Source: Bifidobacterium breve (lineage in GTDB: Bacteria; Actinomycetota; Actinomycetes; Nanopelagicales; Nanopelagicaceae). From it: DNA of 40,000 nt. The DNA lies in NCBI GenBank assembly GCA_945881945.1, contig CAMCVO010000008.1, positions 24,461 to 64,460 on the forward strand, in the 5' to 3' direction. Each line of letters begins with the position of its first letter. The first letter of the stretch is position 1. The position numbers and the translations under genes were made by a program. The notes under the pieces were generated by a model, which did not search any database, was not told where the DNA came from, and saw only the letters and a list, made by a program, of their open reading frames with translations. Shown piece after piece: positions 1 to 9,800 of the stretch.

Positions 1-288
1 ATTGCACACCCAATGGCATCACATCGCGGCAGAACTATCTCACTTGAAACCTTTGGATCTTTGATTGATGCAGGTCTAGATGGTGTTGAGGTTGATCACC
101 GGGATCATTCACCGGATGAAAAAACTCAGCTTATCGAATTGGCCAAGCAAAATAGTCTAGTGATGACTGGGGCTAGTGATTACCATGGAAATGGAAAGCT
201 AAACCAGTTAGGTGAGTACGTAACGATGCCAGAACAGTGGGAGAGATTAGAGGCTAGAGCTAATAAACGCCGAGTAATTAAACTCTAA
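1..288 (+). CDS. PHP-domain metal-dependent phosphoesterase, C-terminal part (truncated by window start)
   Basis: Frame 1 is open from base 1: IAHPMASHRGRT...ASDYHGNG, with the AHP...RG and S/ASDYHG motifs typical of PHP phosphoesterase C-termini; TAA at 286-288. Confidence 0.85.
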   Translation: MAHPMASHRGRTISLETFGSLIDAGLDGVEVDHRDHSPDEKTQLIELAKQNSLVMTGASDYHGNGKLNQLGEYVTMPEQWERLEARANKRRVIKL

Positions 289-552
289 TTATTGATTTGC
301 AAAGCCCACATGGCGATCAGCTGATTCGCCAACTTCAACATAACTTATTTTGTTATGTGGAACTAAAATTTCTCGTCCTTTACTGTCACTTAGTGCTAAA
401 ACAGTTGCTGATTTAATCGCCTCATTAACCTTTGCGATCACCTCAGAGCTTGTGCTTGGAGATTCAAAATTAATCTCATGGGTACTATCTGAAATACCAA
501 TTTTGACCTCTGTTTTACCTGAACCTTTACCTGCAGATTTTGTGGATGCCAT
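289..552 (-). CDS. DUF3107 family protein
   Basis: 87 aa, KTEVKIGISDSTHEINFESPSTSSEVIAKV...LALSDSKGREILVPHNKISYVEVG; next to a TetR gene as in Mycobacterium Rv3208A/Rv3208. Confidence 0.85.
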   Translation of the reverse strand: MASTKSAGKGSGKTEVKIGISDSTHEINFESPSTSSEVIAKVNEAIKSATVLALSDSKGREILVPHNKISYVEVGESADRHVGFANQ

Positions 553-589
553 GTGACAACTCTATCTATTGCTTGAAGGGTTTGCGAAT

Positions 590-1198
590 CTAGGATTGTG
601 ACTTAGGAAACCCAGAAATACCTCGCCAAATTAAATTCATGACTAATTCAGTAGCCCGCTTGCGGTCAATTTTTCCATCTCGATCTAACCAATGTCGGGC
701 TGTCGTTTGAACTGTGCCGATGATTCCTACTGCAAGCATCATTGATTCTTCTTTACCTAAACCGGTATCAATTGAAATGACTGCACTAACTGCTGCTGCA
801 CAGTCATATGTCATTCGGTTAAGTCGCTCCCGTACCTGCGGCTCTAAATTCATATCACTTTCAAAAAGTAGGCGGAAAGCTTCACCTTCAGAATCAATGA
901 AGCCAAAGTAGGCCTCAACCGTTGCGGCCACTCGTGATGAATTCTCACGATTAGATGCAATTGCTTTTTGAATTGCAAAAACCAAAGAATCGATGTGCAA
1001 GTCAAGCACCGCTAAATAAAGTTCTAGTTTTGAGGGAAAGTGCTGATACAAGACTGGCTTACTCACGTTTGCACGATCTGCAATCTCATCCATCGCAGCG
1101 GAGTGGTAACCGGCAGCAGTAAATACCTCCAAGGCCGCAACTAGTAGTTGCGCACGACGCTCATCCCGTGGTAATCGAGCAGACTTATCATCGACCAT
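590..1198 (-). CDS. TetR/AcrR family transcriptional regulator
   Basis: N-terminal HTH: RRAQLLVAALEVFTAAGYHSAAMDEIADRANVSKPVLYQHFPSKLELYLAVL. Confidence 0.93.
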   Translation of the reverse strand: MVDDKSARLPRDERRAQLLVAALEVFTAAGYHSAAMDEIADRANVSKPVLYQHFPSKLELYLAVLDLHIDSLVFAIQKAIASNRENSSRVAATVEAYFGFIDSEGEAFRLLFESDMNLEPQVRERLNRMTYDCAAAVSAVISIDTGLGKEESMMLAVGIIGTVQTTARHWLDRDGKIDRKRATELVMNLIWRGISGFPKSQS

Positions 1199-1259
1199 TA
1201 GAGAATTCTAATCTGTAATTACTTACTTTGTCAGTTTCTCTCATATTTATAGTTATATT

Positions 1260-2132
1260 GTGTGGGTGAAATCAGCAAAAAGATTATTATTGGTTCACGC
1301 TCATCCTGATGATGAAACAATTAATAATGGCGTCACTATGGCGAAATATGCTGCCGACGGTATCAATGTCACGTTAGTAACTTGTACTAGGGGTGAAGAG
1401 GGTGAAGTTTTAGTTGATTCCTTGCTGAATTTAGCCAGTAGTAAAGATGACAAGCTAGGTGAGCATCGTGAAGTTGAATTAAAAAATGCAATGGATGAAT
1501 TAGGGATTAAAGATTTTAGATTTCTTGGTGCACCTAACAAAAAATGGCGTGACAGCGACATGATGGGCACACCACAAAATGATCGCAAAGATGTCTTTTG
1601 GCAAGCAGATTTGGATGAAGTAGCGAATGAACTAGTAAAAATTATTTTAGAAACAAAACCTCAAGTATTGATTACATATGATGAATTTGGTGGGTACGGC
1701 CACCCTGATCATATAAAGGCTCACCAAATAGCGATGCGAGCAGCAGAGATTGCTAGCCAGCAGGATTGGCAAGTTAGCAAAATTTATTGGAATACGACGC
1801 CTAGATCTGTTATACAGATGGGGATCGACAAAATGAAAGAGGTTGGCTCAGAGTTCTTTGGTGCAGAAAATGCTGATGATCTTCCGTTTGCAAAGCCAGA
1901 TGAGCTAGTTACCTCTGTTGTTAAAGCACCTGAGTATGTTCCACATAAATTAGCTGCGATGAAGGCACATGCCACTCAAATTTCAGTAGATGGTCCTTTC
2001 TTTGCCTTATCAAATAATCTTGGCTTATCAGTATGGGGAGATGAGTACTACACCTTGGTAAAAGGGGAGCTTGCTGGACCATTTGATGAAAATGGTCGGG
2101 AATTAGATTTGTTTGCTGGAGTTAAGTTGTGA
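1260..2132 (+). CDS. mshB: PIG-L/LmbE deacetylase, MshB-like (N-acetyl-glucosaminyl-inositol deacetylase)
   Basis: LLLVHAHPDDETINNGVTMAKYAADGINVTLVTCTRGEEGEV...ITYDEFGGYGHPDHIKAHQIA; AHPDDE and HPDH metal-binding motifs. GTG start at 1260 or 1266. Confidence 0.85.
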   Translation: MWVKSAKRLLLVHAHPDDETINNGVTMAKYAADGINVTLVTCTRGEEGEVLVDSLLNLASSKDDKLGEHREVELKNAMDELGIKDFRFLGAPNKKWRDSDMMGTPQNDRKDVFWQADLDEVANELVKIILETKPQVLITYDEFGGYGHPDHIKAHQIAMRAAEIASQQDWQVSKIYWNTTPRSVIQMGIDKMKEVGSEFFGAENADDLPFAKPDELVTSVVKAPEYVPHKLAAMKAHATQISVDGPFFALSNNLGLSVWGDEYYTLVKGELAGPFDENGRELDLFAGVKL

Positions 2133-2452
2133 ATCTAATACAGAGTGCTTTTTTTGGTGCACTACTTGGCTTTTGTGGAACTATGTTGCATAACTTCAGC
2201 CAACCAATTGGATTTATTATTTCTTTGATATTGACTTATCTGGGCTTTAAAGTTGTTGGACAAAAGTTCATCTATCTTCGCTACCAAGTTATTGCTGCTG
2301 CCAGCTGGCTGGCATTAGTAATTCGGGCCAGTACCCCATGGTCAGGGGATGAAATTCTGATTACCGGTAATACCCTTGGAAATTTATTTCTGTTAGGCGG
2401 TTTTACTACCATAATTATAAGTATGTTTAAGAGCCGTTCGAGATTTAATTAA
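2129..2452 (+). CDS. Small integral membrane protein (Rv1171-like position downstream of mshB)
   Basis: 107 aa with several hydrophobic segments; overlaps the mshB stop by 4 nt. Confidence 0.6.
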   Translation: MNLIQSAFFGALLGFCGTMLHNFSQPIGFIISLILTYLGFKVVGQKFIYLRYQVIAAASWLALVIRASTPWSGDEILITGNTLGNLFLLGGFTTIIISMFKSRSRFN

Positions 2453-3845
2453 TTATCCAATCCCAGCTTTGTCCAGATTTACTATCTTTAACCGCAACAC
2501 CTAGTTTTTCTAACTCATTGCGAAGTTGATCACTCTGGCTAAAATCCCCAGATTTTCTAGCTACCTCTCGCTGTTGTAATAGCTTTTGCGCATCAAGTGA
2601 TAGCTCTTTTTGAGCGATTTGATTTAGCAGTTTTAATCCGAATAGCTGATCCACAGATTTAAACACAAGGTGCTTACTGCCATCACTTATCGATTCAGAT
2701 TTTTCAAGATTTCTTAACTTTTGAAGTGCCCTTGGGGTATCAAGATCTTGTCTAAAATCGGTGACTATCTCCTCAATAATTTTTTGAGTTAAAGGTGAAT
2801 CTATATTTGTATCTTGTTGCCAAATTTGAATCTTCTCTCGCCACCGTTGTAAAAGGCTGTGTGCTGCTTTCAAACTGTCCCAACTTAAATCCATTTGGCT
2901 TCGGTATCTATTTTCTAAAAAGCACAATCTAAGCGCTAGAGGGTCAATATGTTTTTCAATAAGATCAGAGATTAGAACAACATTTCCAGTACTTTTTGCC
3001 ATCTTTCTTCCTTCAAAAAGAAGATGTTCACCATGTACCCAGAGTTCAACTGCCTCCTTATCAATTGCACAGTTAGATTGCGCACGTTCATCCTCATGGT
3101 GTGGAAACCTAAGATCGATTCCGCCAAGGTGTAAATCAACAAACTCATCTAAATAATGCAGCGACATTGCCGAACACTCAATGTGCCAGCCCGGAAATCC
3201 CTTACCCCAAGGAGAGTCCCAGATCATTTGCGTTCTATCACCAGCTGCCTTCCATAACGCCCAGTCCGCATGAAATCTCTTCGCGCCATCTTCGGTGTAT
3301 TCAAATCGATGACCTGGTTTTAGTGAATCCAATCGATTTCCACTGATTACGCCATAACCTGGAAATGATTGCGCGGAAAAGTAAACACAGTTGTCACTGC
3401 CAACATAGGCATGATTTTTTGCAATTAATTTTGAGATTAAATCTTGCATCATCTCTATACATTCACTTGCCTTGGGATACTTATCAGCAGGTGTGATATT
3501 TAAGTTAGATAAATCCATATGGAATCTAGCCTCATAAATTCTAGCTATTTCAAATGGATCCTTTGACTCAGCTTTAGCTTGCGCAAGGATTTTATCCTCT
3601 ACAAAATCCTCTGACATATGGCCGACATCAGTAATATTTTGAATGAACTCAACATCATGGCCAAGGTATTTAGCTATTCTAGTTACCAAATCTCCAAGTA
3701 AAAAAGTCCGCATATTTCCAACATGTGCGTCACGATAAACAGTTGGACCACAGCTGTAAATTCTTATTCTTTTGCCATCACTACTTTTTAATGGTTGTAA
3801 CTTTCTACTTTTTGTATCAAATAGTGAAATCTCAGCAATGTTCAT
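2445..3845 (-). CDS. cysS: Cysteinyl-tRNA synthetase
   Basis: IRIYSCGPTVYRDAHVGNMRT, FPGWHIECSAM, HHEDERAQSNC, GRKMAKSTGNV. The ORF track starts at 3866, but ATG at 3845 (MNIAEISLFDT) overlaps the upstream stop as ATGA and is the better start. Confidence 0.93.
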   Translation of the reverse strand: MNIAEISLFDTKSRKLQPLKSSDGKRIRIYSCGPTVYRDAHVGNMRTFLLGDLVTRIAKYLGHDVEFIQNITDVGHMSEDFVEDKILAQAKAESKDPFEIARIYEARFHMDLSNLNITPADKYPKASECIEMMQDLISKLIAKNHAYVGSDNCVYFSAQSFPGYGVISGNRLDSLKPGHRFEYTEDGAKRFHADWALWKAAGDRTQMIWDSPWGKGFPGWHIECSAMSLHYLDEFVDLHLGGIDLRFPHHEDERAQSNCAIDKEAVELWVHGEHLLFEGRKMAKSTGNVVLISDLIEKHIDPLALRLCFLENRYRSQMDLSWDSLKAAHSLLQRWREKIQIWQQDTNIDSPLTQKIIEEIVTDFRQDLDTPRALQKLRNLEKSESISDGSKHLVFKSVDQLFGLKLLNQIAQKELSLDAQKLLQQREVARKSGDFSQSDQLRNELEKLGVAVKDSKSGQSWDWIIN

Positions 3846-4024
3846 TTGCTTGGCACAACCTTCCAAATAGCAATTTTTGCTGGATCAAAGGAAACTACGG
3901 TGCCATCCTTCTTTCGGAGTGTGTTCTCACTCTCTAAAATACCGAGAATGTCCCGGTAGCCACCAGCTGGATCATGCAGGCGAATACTGACCCGCTGACC
4001 TATTTGTGCCGCAGATGGCTGCAC
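3842..4024 (-). CDS. Stand-alone SH3-like domain resembling the N-terminus of Rv0428c/cg3035-type GNAT proteins
   Basis: 60 aa: IGQRVSIRLHDPAGGYRDILGILESENTLRKKDGTVVSFDPAKIAIWKVVPSK; ATGA overlap with the cysS start. Confidence 0.6.
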   Translation of the reverse strand: MQPSAAQIGQRVSIRLHDPAGGYRDILGILESENTLRKKDGTVVSFDPAKIAIWKVVPSK

Positions 4025-4117
4025 TTGACCCCCTCCATTAAACTCGCCTCCAGTTAGAGTATGAGTTAATGGCAGTATTCTCTACCTATATAGCTGGATA
4101 TAACTGTAAGGAGAAGC

Positions 4118-4438
4118 GTGACCTACATAATTGCTCAACCATGTGTTGATGTGAAAGATAAATCCTGCATTGAAGAGTGCCCAGTGGATTGCATCTATGA
4201 GGGTGACCGCATGCTTTATATCCAACCTGATGAGTGTGTTGATTGTGGTGCATGCGAGCCAGTCTGCCCAGTAGAAGCTATTTACTATGAAGATGATGTG
4301 CCTTCGCAATGGAAGAACTACAGCGAGGTCAATACTAAGTTTTTTGTGGAGATTGGATCCCCTGGCGGTGCAGCTAAGTTAGGTCCAGTTGGTAAAGATC
4401 ATGAAATAGTTGCTGCCCTGCCACCTCAAGAAAAGTAG
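4118..4438 (+). CDS. fdxA: 7Fe ferredoxin (3Fe-4S/4Fe-4S)
   Basis: MTYIIAQPCVDVKDKSCIEECPVDCIYEGDRMLYIQPDECVDCGACEPVCPVEAIYYEDD; GTG start with upstream AAGGAG. Confidence 0.95.
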   Translation: MTYIIAQPCVDVKDKSCIEECPVDCIYEGDRMLYIQPDECVDCGACEPVCPVEAIYYEDDVPSQWKNYSEVNTKFFVEIGSPGGAAKLGPVGKDHEIVAALPPQEK

Positions 4439-4444
4439 GCAAAC

Positions 4445-5491
4445 CTGAATCTGCCAGATTTTCCTTGGGATCTTTTGGCGCCCTTTGGTGATAAAGCTCG
4501 AAAATATCCCGGCGGTTTTATTGATCTCTCACAAGGCACACCCGTTGACCCAACTCCACAATTTATTCAAGATGTATTTTCAGCTGCCAGCAACTCACCT
4601 AGTTATCCAGTAGTTGCCGGAACTGCATCACTTAAAGATGCCATAAGGAAATGGTCGGTTGAAAATTTAGGGGTTACTGGCGATTTTGATGTGCTGCCAA
4701 CCATTGGCTCAAAAGAGTTTATTGCTTTACTGCCAACTTTTTTACAAAGTAAAAATGTTTTGTATCCAAAGGTTGCTTATCCAACCTATTTAGTAAGTGC
4801 CATGATGGCCTCCGCCCAAGCTACACCAGTTGATATTGATGCAAGTAGTTGGCCAAAAGCTGATTTAGCTTGGTTAAACTCACCATCAAACCCAACAGGT
4901 CAGGTGCAAACAGATCAAGAGTTAAATGCGTGTATCACCTGGGCTCGTAAGAATCAGGCGATTTTGGCAAGTGATGAGTGCTACTTAAGTTTTTCCGATG
5001 ATGCTAAATCTATTTTGGCGCTAGCAAATGGTGATAACACTGGTTTGCTGGCTGTGTTATCACTTTCAAAGCGATCTAATCTGGCTGGGTATCGAGCCGG
5101 CTTTGTTGTAGGAGATAGCAAACTAATTGATCAAATTAGACAGGTAAGAAAACATGCTGGATTGATGGTACCGCTGCCAGTGCAACAGGCGATGATCACC
5201 GCATTATCTGATGAGAAACATGTTAAAGAGCAAGCAGATCGCTATCGAAATCGTCGGCAGATGTTAAAGCAAGCACTCCTAAGTCAAGGATTTAAAATTG
5301 AATATAGCCAAGCTGGTTTATACATCTGGTGTACTAGAGGTGAAGATGGCTATAAAACCGTGGATTACTTTGCTGAACTAGGTATTTTGGTAACACCTGG
5401 GGCTTTTTATGGCAGTGATAATTATGTACGAATTGCACTGACTGCAACGGATGAAAATATAAAGCAAGTGGTAGATCGAATAAAGATATGA
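4445..5491 (+). CDS. dapC: Succinyldiaminopimelate transaminase, probable CTG start
   Basis: The conserved N-terminus NLPDFPWDLLAPFGDKARKYPGGFIDLSQGTPVDPTP is encoded upstream of the ORF-track TTG start at 4475; SNPTGQ and SLSKRSNLAGYRAGF PLP motifs. Confidence 0.85.
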   Translation: MNLPDFPWDLLAPFGDKARKYPGGFIDLSQGTPVDPTPQFIQDVFSAASNSPSYPVVAGTASLKDAIRKWSVENLGVTGDFDVLPTIGSKEFIALLPTFLQSKNVLYPKVAYPTYLVSAMMASAQATPVDIDASSWPKADLAWLNSPSNPTGQVQTDQELNACITWARKNQAILASDECYLSFSDDAKSILALANGDNTGLLAVLSLSKRSNLAGYRAGFVVGDSKLIDQIRQVRKHAGLMVPLPVQQAMITALSDEKHVKEQADRYRNRRQMLKQALLSQGFKIEYSQAGLYIWCTRGEDGYKTVDYFAELGILVTPGAFYGSDNYVRIALTATDENIKQVVDRIKI

Positions 5492-6459
5492 AAACGGGTG
5501 CCATTTTACTTGTTGGTGGCATGGGGACCAGATTGTTGCCCCTCACCTTAAAGACTCCAAAGCCGATGTTACAAGTAGCTGGCGTACCATTTACTGAGCA
5601 CCAAATTAGAAAAGCAGCTGGTGCTGGAATTTCTGAGATTGTCTTAGCCACCTCCTATAAATCTGAGTTATTTGAACCTTACTTTGGTGATGGTGAAAAG
5701 TTTGGTATCAAAATTAAGTATGCGGTGGAGCATTCAGCATTGGGCACTGGTGGTGGAATTAGAAATGCAGCCAAACTACTTTCAAGTTGTGATCAGATAG
5801 TAATTTTCAATGGTGATGTGTTAAGCGGTCATAATCTAAAGGGTCAGATTGAGTTTCACCAACAATGTAAGGCGGATGTAACCTTGTACCTAACTCAGGT
5901 TTTAGATGCTAGGCCCTATGGCTGTGTTGAGTTACAAGGTGATAACCGAGTGAAATCATTTTTAGAGAAGATGGAAAATCCCATCAGCAATCAGATAAAT
6001 GCTGGGTGCTATATCTTTAATCAAGATGTAATTAATCAGATTCCGCCAGATCAGGTAGTAAGTGTGGAGCGAGATACCTTCCCTAAATTACTTTCTGCAG
6101 GGGTGAAAGTTTTTGGATATGTAGATAACTCATACTGGCTTGATATCGGCACGCCAGCTGCCTTAGTTAAGGCATCAGCTGATTTGGTAACTGGTGTTAT
6201 CTCATCTTTGGCCACCCCATCACACACTGCAGATGCTTTGATTTTCCCAACTGCAAAAATTGGAGCTGGTTGTGAAATCAATAATGGTTCGGTAATTGAA
6301 GGTGAGGTTGCACTTGATAGTAATTGCCAAATTAGCGGTTCAATTATTGGCCAGGGTGCGAAAATAGGTGCCAATTGCAAAATAATCGACTCCATAATCG
6401 CTCCAGGGGCTCAAATTGAGGCTGGAATGGTGGTCCTAACCAATTATTTAGGCTTCTAA
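5488..6459 (+). CDS. Sugar nucleotidyltransferase (mannose-1-phosphate guanylyltransferase-like) with C-terminal hexapeptide repeats
   Basis: AILLVGGMGTRLLPLTLKTPKPMLQVAG; C-terminal left-handed beta-helix-like repeats; ATGA overlap with dapC. Confidence 0.88.
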   Translation: MKTGAILLVGGMGTRLLPLTLKTPKPMLQVAGVPFTEHQIRKAAGAGISEIVLATSYKSELFEPYFGDGEKFGIKIKYAVEHSALGTGGGIRNAAKLLSSCDQIVIFNGDVLSGHNLKGQIEFHQQCKADVTLYLTQVLDARPYGCVELQGDNRVKSFLEKMENPISNQINAGCYIFNQDVINQIPPDQVVSVERDTFPKLLSAGVKVFGYVDNSYWLDIGTPAALVKASADLVTGVISSLATPSHTADALIFPTAKIGAGCEINNGSVIEGEVALDSNCQISGSIIGQGAKIGANCKIIDSIIAPGAQIEAGMVVLTNYLGF

Positions 6460-6584
6460 TTTTCCCCAATTTGCATAATCTCGACTTGACTTAATCGAGT
6501 TACAAGCGTGTAATTATCCTATTAGTGGGCACACCCCAAGCCCTAAAGTTTTTTAAGGTAGTACCGATGACACATAGGAGAGAT

Positions 6585-6851
6585 ATGTCAGAACAACGTG
6601 CAGATCTAACAGCCCTAGTAGTTAACTCAGAGCAGCTTTCCTGGCAGGAGCGCGCTCTATGCGCTCAAACCGATCCAGAGGCCTTCTTTCCTGAGAAGGG
6701 TGGATCAACCAGAGAGGCCAAGCGAGTGTGCCTATCCTGTGAGGTTCGGGCTGAGTGTTTGGAGTACGCCCTAGCTCATGATGAGCGGTTTGGAATTTGG
6801 GGTGGATTATCTGAACGTGAACGTCGTCGCTTAAAGCGCCGTAGCGCATAA
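6585..6851 (+). CDS. whiB2: WhiB-family Fe-S transcriptional regulator (WhiB2/WhmD-like)
   Basis: ALCAQTDPEAFFPEKGGSTREAKRVCLSCEVRAECLEYALAHDERFGIWGGLSERERRRLKRR: four Cys and GIWGG. The ORF track starts at 6525; ATG 6585 follows AGGAGAG. Confidence 0.93.
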   Translation: MSEQRADLTALVVNSEQLSWQERALCAQTDPEAFFPEKGGSTREAKRVCLSCEVRAECLEYALAHDERFGIWGGLSERERRRLKRRSA

Positions 6852-6859
6852 AATTACGG

Positions 6860-9800
6860 GTGGCTGAAAAGCAAAGCACCAGGGCGCAAGCCCAACTTAA
6901 AGACCAGTTTGTAACAGCAATAGTTGTTACACATGATGGTGTCACCTGGCTTAGCGAGGTTGTGGCATCGCTATCTTCACAAAAACATAAAGTTGATCAA
7001 ATTATCGCAGTTGATACTGGCTCAATAGATGGCTCAGTCAAATTATTAACAAATGCCGGCATTGAAGTAATAAAAAAATCTAGACGAACTGGTTTTGGCG
7101 CTGCGATTTCAGCTGCGGTTGCAAAACTTGCTCCGTTAGATGATGAGAGCCAGCAAGAGTGGCTTTGGATCTTGCATGATGATTGCGCCCCAGATCGGTA
7201 TGCGCTGGCTAAATTATTAGAAGCAGTTGTTGCCCGTCCGCAGGTTGGCATTGCTGGGCCAAAAATTCTTGGTTGGTATGACCGCAAACATATTTTAGAG
7301 GTGGGATTAAGCATTACTGAAAATGGCACTCGCTGGACTGGTTTAGAAGATCGAGAGCATGACCAAGGTCAGCATGATCAAGTCAAAGATGTATTGGCAG
7401 TTAGCACTGCAGGCATGTTGATTAAAAGATCACTCTTTGAAGAGTTAGGCGGTTTTGATCCAAGCCTAGAGTTATTTAGAGATGATATAGATATTGGTTG
7501 GCGAGCGCATATTGCTGGTCACTCGGTAATCTGTGTTGGCGAAGCAATCCTTTACCACGCAGAGGCTGCCGCATCAGAGCGCAGATCAGTTGATGTGCGT
7601 GATGCAATTTTGCACCGCCCTCTGCTATTAGATAGAAGAAATGCAGCCTTTGTGCTGTTGGCAAACTCAAGTTGGTGGATACTGCCTTGGGTTGCTATTC
7701 AACTTCTTTTTACCTCAATTGGTCGATCCATAATTTACTTGCTTGCAAAACTTCCAGGATATGCAGCAGATGAGATTGCTGCAGTTGGTTTGTTGATATT
7801 TAAGCCCGCAGATTTAATTAAATCTCGTCGCTATCGCAGATCAAGTCGAGTCTTAACTGCTCGAGTGATAAAACCATTTATTCCAAGTCGGGGCCTACAG
7901 ATCAGATCAATCATCGAACGTATCTCCTCCTCTCTTGTTAGCGCTTTTAAACCGAACCGAGGCGAAGGCCAATCAATTGGGGCAAAGAATTACTCAGACC
8001 TTGGAGTAATTGACGAAAGCTTTGATGAAATTCAGTATCAATCAAGTAAGAGTTTTAGCAAAATTAGATCTTTAGTAAGGCAACCGCTCTTATTAGGAGT
8101 CACGCTAACTTTATTCATCTCATTTCTATATTCAAGAAACCGTTATGGATCTCTGTCTGGTGGTGCTATGGCTGTGGCACCAGATAGTGCATCTGAAATG
8201 ATTGCATCATTTGTTAGTTCATGGCAATTGGTAGGACTTGGCAGTAGTCAAGCTGCACCAGCATGGATACCTGTAATCGGTATCGCATCATTTATAACTG
8301 CGGCTAACCCACAGACCTTTATCGCTGCTTTGTTCTTCTTAACTCCCACTCTATTGTTTATTCTCAGCTATCGTGCCGCAAGGAAATACTCACTAACAAA
8401 GCAGTCCAGCGCGTTTGTGGCTTTTTTATACTCTTTCTCCCCTGCCGTTTTAACTGCTATAAATCAAGGGCGCCTGGGAACAATTGTTATAGCAATCCTG
8501 TTGCCTGGTCTTTTTACGCTACTTGAAAAAAATCAAGGATTATCTGATTTAACCTGGCGCAAAATATTTTCAATAGTTTTAATTGCATCCTTGGCTGGCA
8601 CTTTCTCTCCCTTATTTTTGCTCAGTTGGATTATTTTTCACACAGTTCTATTTTTTTATAGCTACTTTACCTCTCCAAATTGGCAACTTTTCAACTGGCG
8701 GGAAATCTCAAGGAATTTAGGAGATGAAAAATACAAGAAGCGGGCTGCATTAATTTTCATGCCTTTTTTTGTGAATTTACCAATTTCATTAAGCTTAATT
8801 TTAAATCCAGTTGCAGCATTAAAGGAGCCAGGATTAGCTGTTGAATCTGCTGGCCCATCATCAATTTTCCTGTTTAACCTTGGCGGACCAGGCTCTCCAC
8901 CACTTTTTCTATTGTCACCAGTACTCCTCTATTTAGTTGCGGCACTGATCTCTAAAGGTCAACGTAATGCTGCAATTCTCTCTTTGTTTTCAATTTCCAT
9001 GGCAGCAACACTAAGTTCATACTTTATCGAAGGAAATAGTAGTAACGCTGAAAGAATCTGGAGCGGTCCATTAGTAATTTTCGCTCAGTTGCTAACCTTA
9101 CTTTCGTTCTTTGCTATTACTGAAACACTGATTCCACAACTTAAGCGAAGCAACTTTGGAATAAAACATATTGGACTAGCGGCATCTGCTGTGATAACTG
9201 TTATTTCGATTATTTCAATCTCAATTTGGACAGCAACTACGGGAGCTAATTCTTTAGTTCGTTCAAACCAAGAACAAGTAATTCCAGCATTTATCAGTGA
9301 TTTAGCATCCACAACTGAGCGTCCAAAAACTTTAGTAATTAGAAAGAGCCCAGAGCAATTACAATATTTTGTCACCAGAGGTGGTGATCTACAGATCGGT
9401 AATGCTGATGTGGCTAGTAAAACACCTTCACAATTTCATGACACTATCGTGGACTTAGTAAATGGAGTTGGCGGAAGTAGCAGCCAGATACTTGGTTACT
9501 ACGGAATTCAATATGTATTCATGAAGAATCCAGCAGATGCTGGTTTAGTTCGAATTATTGATGGAATTGGTGGATTTACTCGAAGCTCTGCAACAAAAGA
9601 TGGGGTGGTATGGAAAGTTGATAAAGCCCATGCCAGAGTTACATACCAAAATAAAGTTGGTAAATTCTTTCCAATCAGCTCTTCCGATACGGCAGCTACC
9701 TCCTTTGTTCCTGGCGAAGGTGTAATTTTGCTGGCAGAAAAATTTGATAAATCATGGCAATTATTACTCAATGGAAAAGTTATGGAACTTGAGCAGCATC

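Noticed and set aside
350-556. ORF antisense to DUF3107 (68 aa)
   Set aside because: Fully antisense to a recognised conserved gene; composition looks like a reverse-frame artefact.
1202-1209. AGAATTCT palindrome near the TetR start as an autoregulatory operator
   Set aside because: Only 8 bp and partly overlapping AT-rich DNA; too weak to claim without conservation data.
4475-4477. TTG start of dapC proposed by the ORF track
   Set aside because: It would delete the family-conserved LPDFPWD segment encoded just upstream in the same open frame.
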